A stretch of DNA of 28,156 bases from a virus (taxonomy: Duplodnaviria > Caudoviricetes), in the IMG/VR virus record IMGVR_UViG_3300032306_000101, positions 1 to 28,156 of that record, one strand, 5' to 3'. The position numbers and the translations under genes were made by a program. The notes under the pieces are model-generated. The model was not told the origin of the DNA. It did no database searches and was given only the letters and a program-made list of their open reading frames with translations. Numbering within the stretch: position 1 is the stretch's first letter; each line of letters starts with the position of its first letter. Shown in pieces: positions 25,097 to 28,156 of the stretch.

Positions 25097-26278
25097 ATGG
25101 ACATGAAGCGCATACTACAGGCAGTGGATGGAGTTGCTACTAAACCTGTAGTAGGTGCTGATAGCATGGCCAAATTTCTTCGTGTTGTTAGCGAAGCCGA
25201 AATAAATCAACCAGCACCTGTTGCCCCGGCGCCGCCTGCACCAGCGGCACCTGTTGCGCCAGCACAGCCTGCGTCAACTTTATCTCCAGAACAACTTGCG
25301 TATAATCAATTACGAGCACAATTAGATAGCGTGGATGCAATCCGTGGAGATGCCAGTGCTAACACATTTACAGATATAAGTCCAGAGGTCGCGGCCGGTG
25401 AAGCTCGTATGCGTACTAAACTAGCACAAATGGCAGCGGCATTACAAGCCAAAGGCATTGATGCGGCGGCTGAATATGATGCTCCTGATCCTGCTGTGCC
25501 TGCGGCCGCTCCAGTTGATCTTGCTAAAAAATATGTTGATGAAAACACCAGCATGAGCAGATTGTTATCCATCATACAAAAGAATGATGTAAAAATTCTA
25601 AATGAAGGCAAAGGCCCGCACATGGTTACACTACCTGTGCAAATGGCCATGCAACATTACCAAACTGATCAAGTAGTTGAACGCAAGCCTCGTATCATTG
25701 ACAAATACTTTCAAGAAGCTGAACAGGTAATTAATCAGCGCAAGGAAGATAAACGTGGATTAATCAACCAGTATGCTAAAGTTATTGCTGAACGTGTGTT
25801 AATGAAAGAAAATGCTGTTCGCGAACACGAAGCAGGGTTTGAACGAGTTGGCATGGCAGGTGTTGGCATACAAAGTGCTGTGGCTGAAACTCCTATTGAC
25901 ATGTCTGGTGATCCAAACGATCCACACATTTACGGACACGAAAAAGCAAATCCCATGAGCCTCAAAGGTCGTATACAACAAGCTCGCGTTCAATTGAGAG
26001 AACTAGCTGAACTAGCAGAGTCAGATGAACTAGTAGTATGGGAACGTATCACACGTCTAAGTAAAGGCGGAATGTTCATGGGCCTAGAACAAAATTTAGA
26101 ACAAATTCGTCATGGTATTGGCGAACTGGCCGCAAAGCGCAAGCGTGGTGGAGTTGCTAGTCGTGGTATAGATAAAAACATCGGTGAGGACAACGATCCT
26201 TGCTGGGACAGCCATAAAATGGTCGGTACAAAGAAAAAAGGCGGAAAGACAGTTCCAAACTGTGTGCCAAAAGAATAA
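25097..26278 (+). CDS. Modular hypothetical protein, putative internal head protein
   Basis: 393-aa ORF with a Pro/Ala linker and terminal CW...KMVGTKKKGGKTVPNCVP module. Confidence 0.7.
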   Translation: MDMKRILQAVDGVATKPVVGADSMAKFLRVVSEAEINQPAPVAPAPPAPAAPVAPAQPASTLSPEQLAYNQLRAQLDSVDAIRGDASANTFTDISPEVAAGEARMRTKLAQMAAALQAKGIDAAAEYDAPDPAVPAAAPVDLAKKYVDENTSMSRLLSIIQKNDVKILNEGKGPHMVTLPVQMAMQHYQTDQVVERKPRIIDKYFQEAEQVINQRKEDKRGLINQYAKVIAERVLMKENAVREHEAGFERVGMAGVGIQSAVAETPIDMSGDPNDPHIYGHEKANPMSLKGRIQQARVQLRELAELAESDELVVWERITRLSKGGMFMGLEQNLEQIRHGIGELAAKRKRGGVASRGIDKNIGEDNDPCWDSHKMVGTKKKGGKTVPNCVPKE

Positions 26279-26290
26279 TAGGAAAAGAAA

Positions 26291-28156
26291 ATGGATTTAA
26301 GATCATTAATGAATAAACTGGATGCTATTGCTGAAGATTCACCGCCAATGCCCGGAGACGGTGGCCGTGCGCAATATGACAAATTCAAAGCAGACGATGC
26401 TCGTGCGGCAGCGGTTGCACAAGTTAAACAATGGATGTCTACTCCGTTAAGCGACATTGGGCGTTTGGGTGATGCTATTGATCCTAAAACTGGTATTATC
26501 TATTACGGTGATGCAGGCAGTGACCGTGGAGGACAAGGCTACGAAGCCAAACCTTATCCATACAAATGGCTTGCTGACCCAAGTTCAACATCTACTCAAT
26601 CACGTGCAATGTACAAAGTATTAGGACCAGCTGGATTGAAAGTTATTCCTGTTGAAAAGAAACAATTGTTTGGAACAACACAAGTTGCTGGCATCAGTCC
26701 TCAACAATTGGCAGACTTAGACAAACCAGTTGCACCAGTACCTGGTCCAGATAAGCCAGCGCAAGATACCAAACCGCCAAGACAAGTGGCGGACTGTGAC
26801 AAAAGTATAGCACAACTAAATGCATTATCTGCAAAGTTACAAGCCAGAATGGATGCACTTGCCAGCGTTAAGAAAGAAAACCGACAATCTATGGCTCAAG
26901 CATTAATGGAAGAGTTTGGCTATGAAATCCCAGAAGGGTATTATGTAGACGATAACGGCATGCTAGTCGAATACAGCATGAAAGACTTTACTGGAGATGT
27001 GGGTGATACAGCCCGCGGCGGTTTTAATGGTATTACTTTTGGAACTGGTGACAATATACAAGCTGGTCTTAAGAGTGCATTTAGCAAAGATACTTATGCG
27101 CAGGCATTGGCCAGAGAAAAAGCCAACACCGCAGCCGCTGAAAAACGCAGTCCATACCTATACAAAGGTGGAGAATTAGCTGGAATGATTGCCGCACCAG
27201 TACCAGGAGGAGCCGCAGTTGGTGCTGCCATGAAAGGTGCCAGCGGGTTAGCAAAATTTGGAGCACAAGCAGGTCTAAACTTGGCCACAGGCATGGCAGC
27301 TGATGCGGCCACTGGCGCACACAATGCAAACGTGTTGGGTGCTGACTGGAAGGAAAAAGCAGAAAAAACTGCCGCACAAAATACAAAACCTGTAGTTAAA
27401 CCTACTGGCGATTCTAAAGTACTTTTATTGCAGAAGAATTTAATTGCGGCTGGGGCAAATATCAAGGCCGATGGCGTCATGGGACCTGCTACACAAGCCG
27501 CTATGAAACAATATCCTGCGGCACTAAAAGGTTATCCATGGATGACAGGTGCTATAGTAAAAGAATCTTTGCCAGAGACTATGGCTAGTTTGCGTGATCG
27601 TCTAGCGTTAATTGAAAGAGAACACCGTGATTATACTGATGTAACAGTTGACGAGGATAGAGTTAAGGCAGCGACTGAATTAGGCGGTAAGGCAATTGAA
27701 AAAGGATCTGACCTTGCCAAAGATGCATACAGTGGTATAAAAAGTTGGTTTACTAAACCATCAGCAAAAGCGGCTGAAGTTCCAGTAGTAAAACCAACAG
27801 TAAAACCAACAGTAAAACCAACAGTAAAACCAACTACAACACCAACAGGAACTGTGTATAAGAAAAAATTAGACAACCCAAATATTGCCGCTGAAGTGCC
27901 ATATGTTCAAGGTCGTGCAGGCAGTGGAACTAACCCTGGACAATTTGCTAAATTTGATCCAGCAACATCCGCTGTTGCAAATGCCACTAAAGGCGTAGAT
28001 GACATGGTCAGGGGCGGTGTTAAGGCAACAGCCGATGATGCGGCAAAACTTGCCAAAGATGGCAAAGCAATTGGTGCAGTTGATGATGCGGCAAAACTTG
28101 CCAAAGATGGCAAAGCAATTGGTGCAGTTGATGATGCGGCAAAACTTGCCAAAGAT
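26291..28156 (+). CDS. Large (>622 aa) protein truncated by the window end, with a peptidoglycan-binding-like domain and tandem repeats; putative ejected virion protein
   Basis: Open from ATG 26291 (MDLRSLMNKLDAIAED...) to the edge, so absent from the ORF track. GDSKVLLLQKNL...IKADGVMGPATQAAMKQY at ~27407-27513 resembles PG_binding_1. Confidence 0.8.
   Translation, partial: MDLRSLMNKLDAIAEDSPPMPGDGGRAQYDKFKADDARAAAVAQVKQWMSTPLSDIGRLGDAIDPKTGIIYYGDAGSDRGGQGYEAKPYPYKWLADPSSTSTQSRAMYKVLGPAGLKVIPVEKKQLFGTTQVAGISPQQLADLDKPVAPVPGPDKPAQDTKPPRQVADCDKSIAQLNALSAKLQARMDALASVKKENRQSMAQALMEEFGYEIPEGYYVDDNGMLVEYSMKDFTGDVGDTARGGFNGITFGTGDNIQAGLKSAFSKDTYAQALAREKANTAAAEKRSPYLYKGGELAGMIAAPVPGGAAVGAAMKGASGLAKFGAQAGLNLATGMAADAATGAHNANVLGADWKEKAEKTAAQNTKPVVKPTGDSKVLLLQKNLIAAGANIKADGVMGPATQAAMKQYPAALKGYPWMTGAIVKESLPETMASLRDRLALIEREHRDYTDVTVDEDRVKAATELGGKAIEKGSDLAKDAYSGIKSWFTKPSAKAAEVPVVKPTVKPTVKPTVKPTTTPTGTVYKKKLDNPNIAAEVPYVQGRAGSGTNPGQFAKFDPATSAVANATKGVDDMVRGGVKATADDAAKLAKDGKAIGAVDDAAKLAKDGKAIGAVDDAAKLAKD
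27788..27835 (+). repeat. 4 x 12-bp in-frame tandem repeat (VKPT)
   Basis: gtaaaaccaaca x3 followed by gtaaaaccaact. Confidence 0.95.
28034..28156 (+). repeat. Perfect 48-bp in-frame tandem repeat (DDAAKLAKDGKAIGAV), at least 2.5 copies, running off the window
   Basis: Identical units at 28034-28081 and 28082-28129, partial unit at 28130-28156. Confidence 0.95.

Noticed and set aside
28034-28156. CRISPR array
   Set aside because: Units are contiguous with no unique spacers, their length is a multiple of 3 and they lie in an open frame.
1-28156. Stop-codon reassignment, as seen in some large phages
   Set aside because: Standard-code ORFs tile the window densely, known proteins are full length (apart from the DnaE fragment, which ends in TAA), and TAA, TAG and TGA all terminate genes.

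Overview
Gene-dense, AT-rich, almost entirely + strand segment of a large (jumbo/T4-like-type) tailed bacteriophage genome, probably infecting a Gram-negative host (two-component spanin present). From left to right: tail-fibre, baseplate and virion genes (1-6517); a C-terminally truncated DnaE fragment, GroES, clamp loader, dCMP deaminase and an inverted phoH (6758-10362); an extended lysis cassette (GH19 endolysin, Rz with embedded Rz1, 3TM holin, small membrane and secreted peptides; 11814-14392); a proteostasis operon (DnaJ, peptide deformylase, ClpA; 14461-18660); and a late-promoter-driven block (18732-end). Proteins in that last block share an N-terminal Mx(L/I)xEL leader and/or [ILV]xE sites at domain boundaries, suggesting capsid-packaged, protease-processed cargo. 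The block includes a PolX-like/ligase-like fusion, a HIGH-family nucleotidyltransferase and Dps. Regulatory signals: a recurrent GnTAAATA late-promoter-like motif, near-consensus sigma70 promoters (two overlapping terminator hairpins) and a two-state RNA hairpin in the phoH leader. All family assignments come from motif recognition by eye; no database searches were run.
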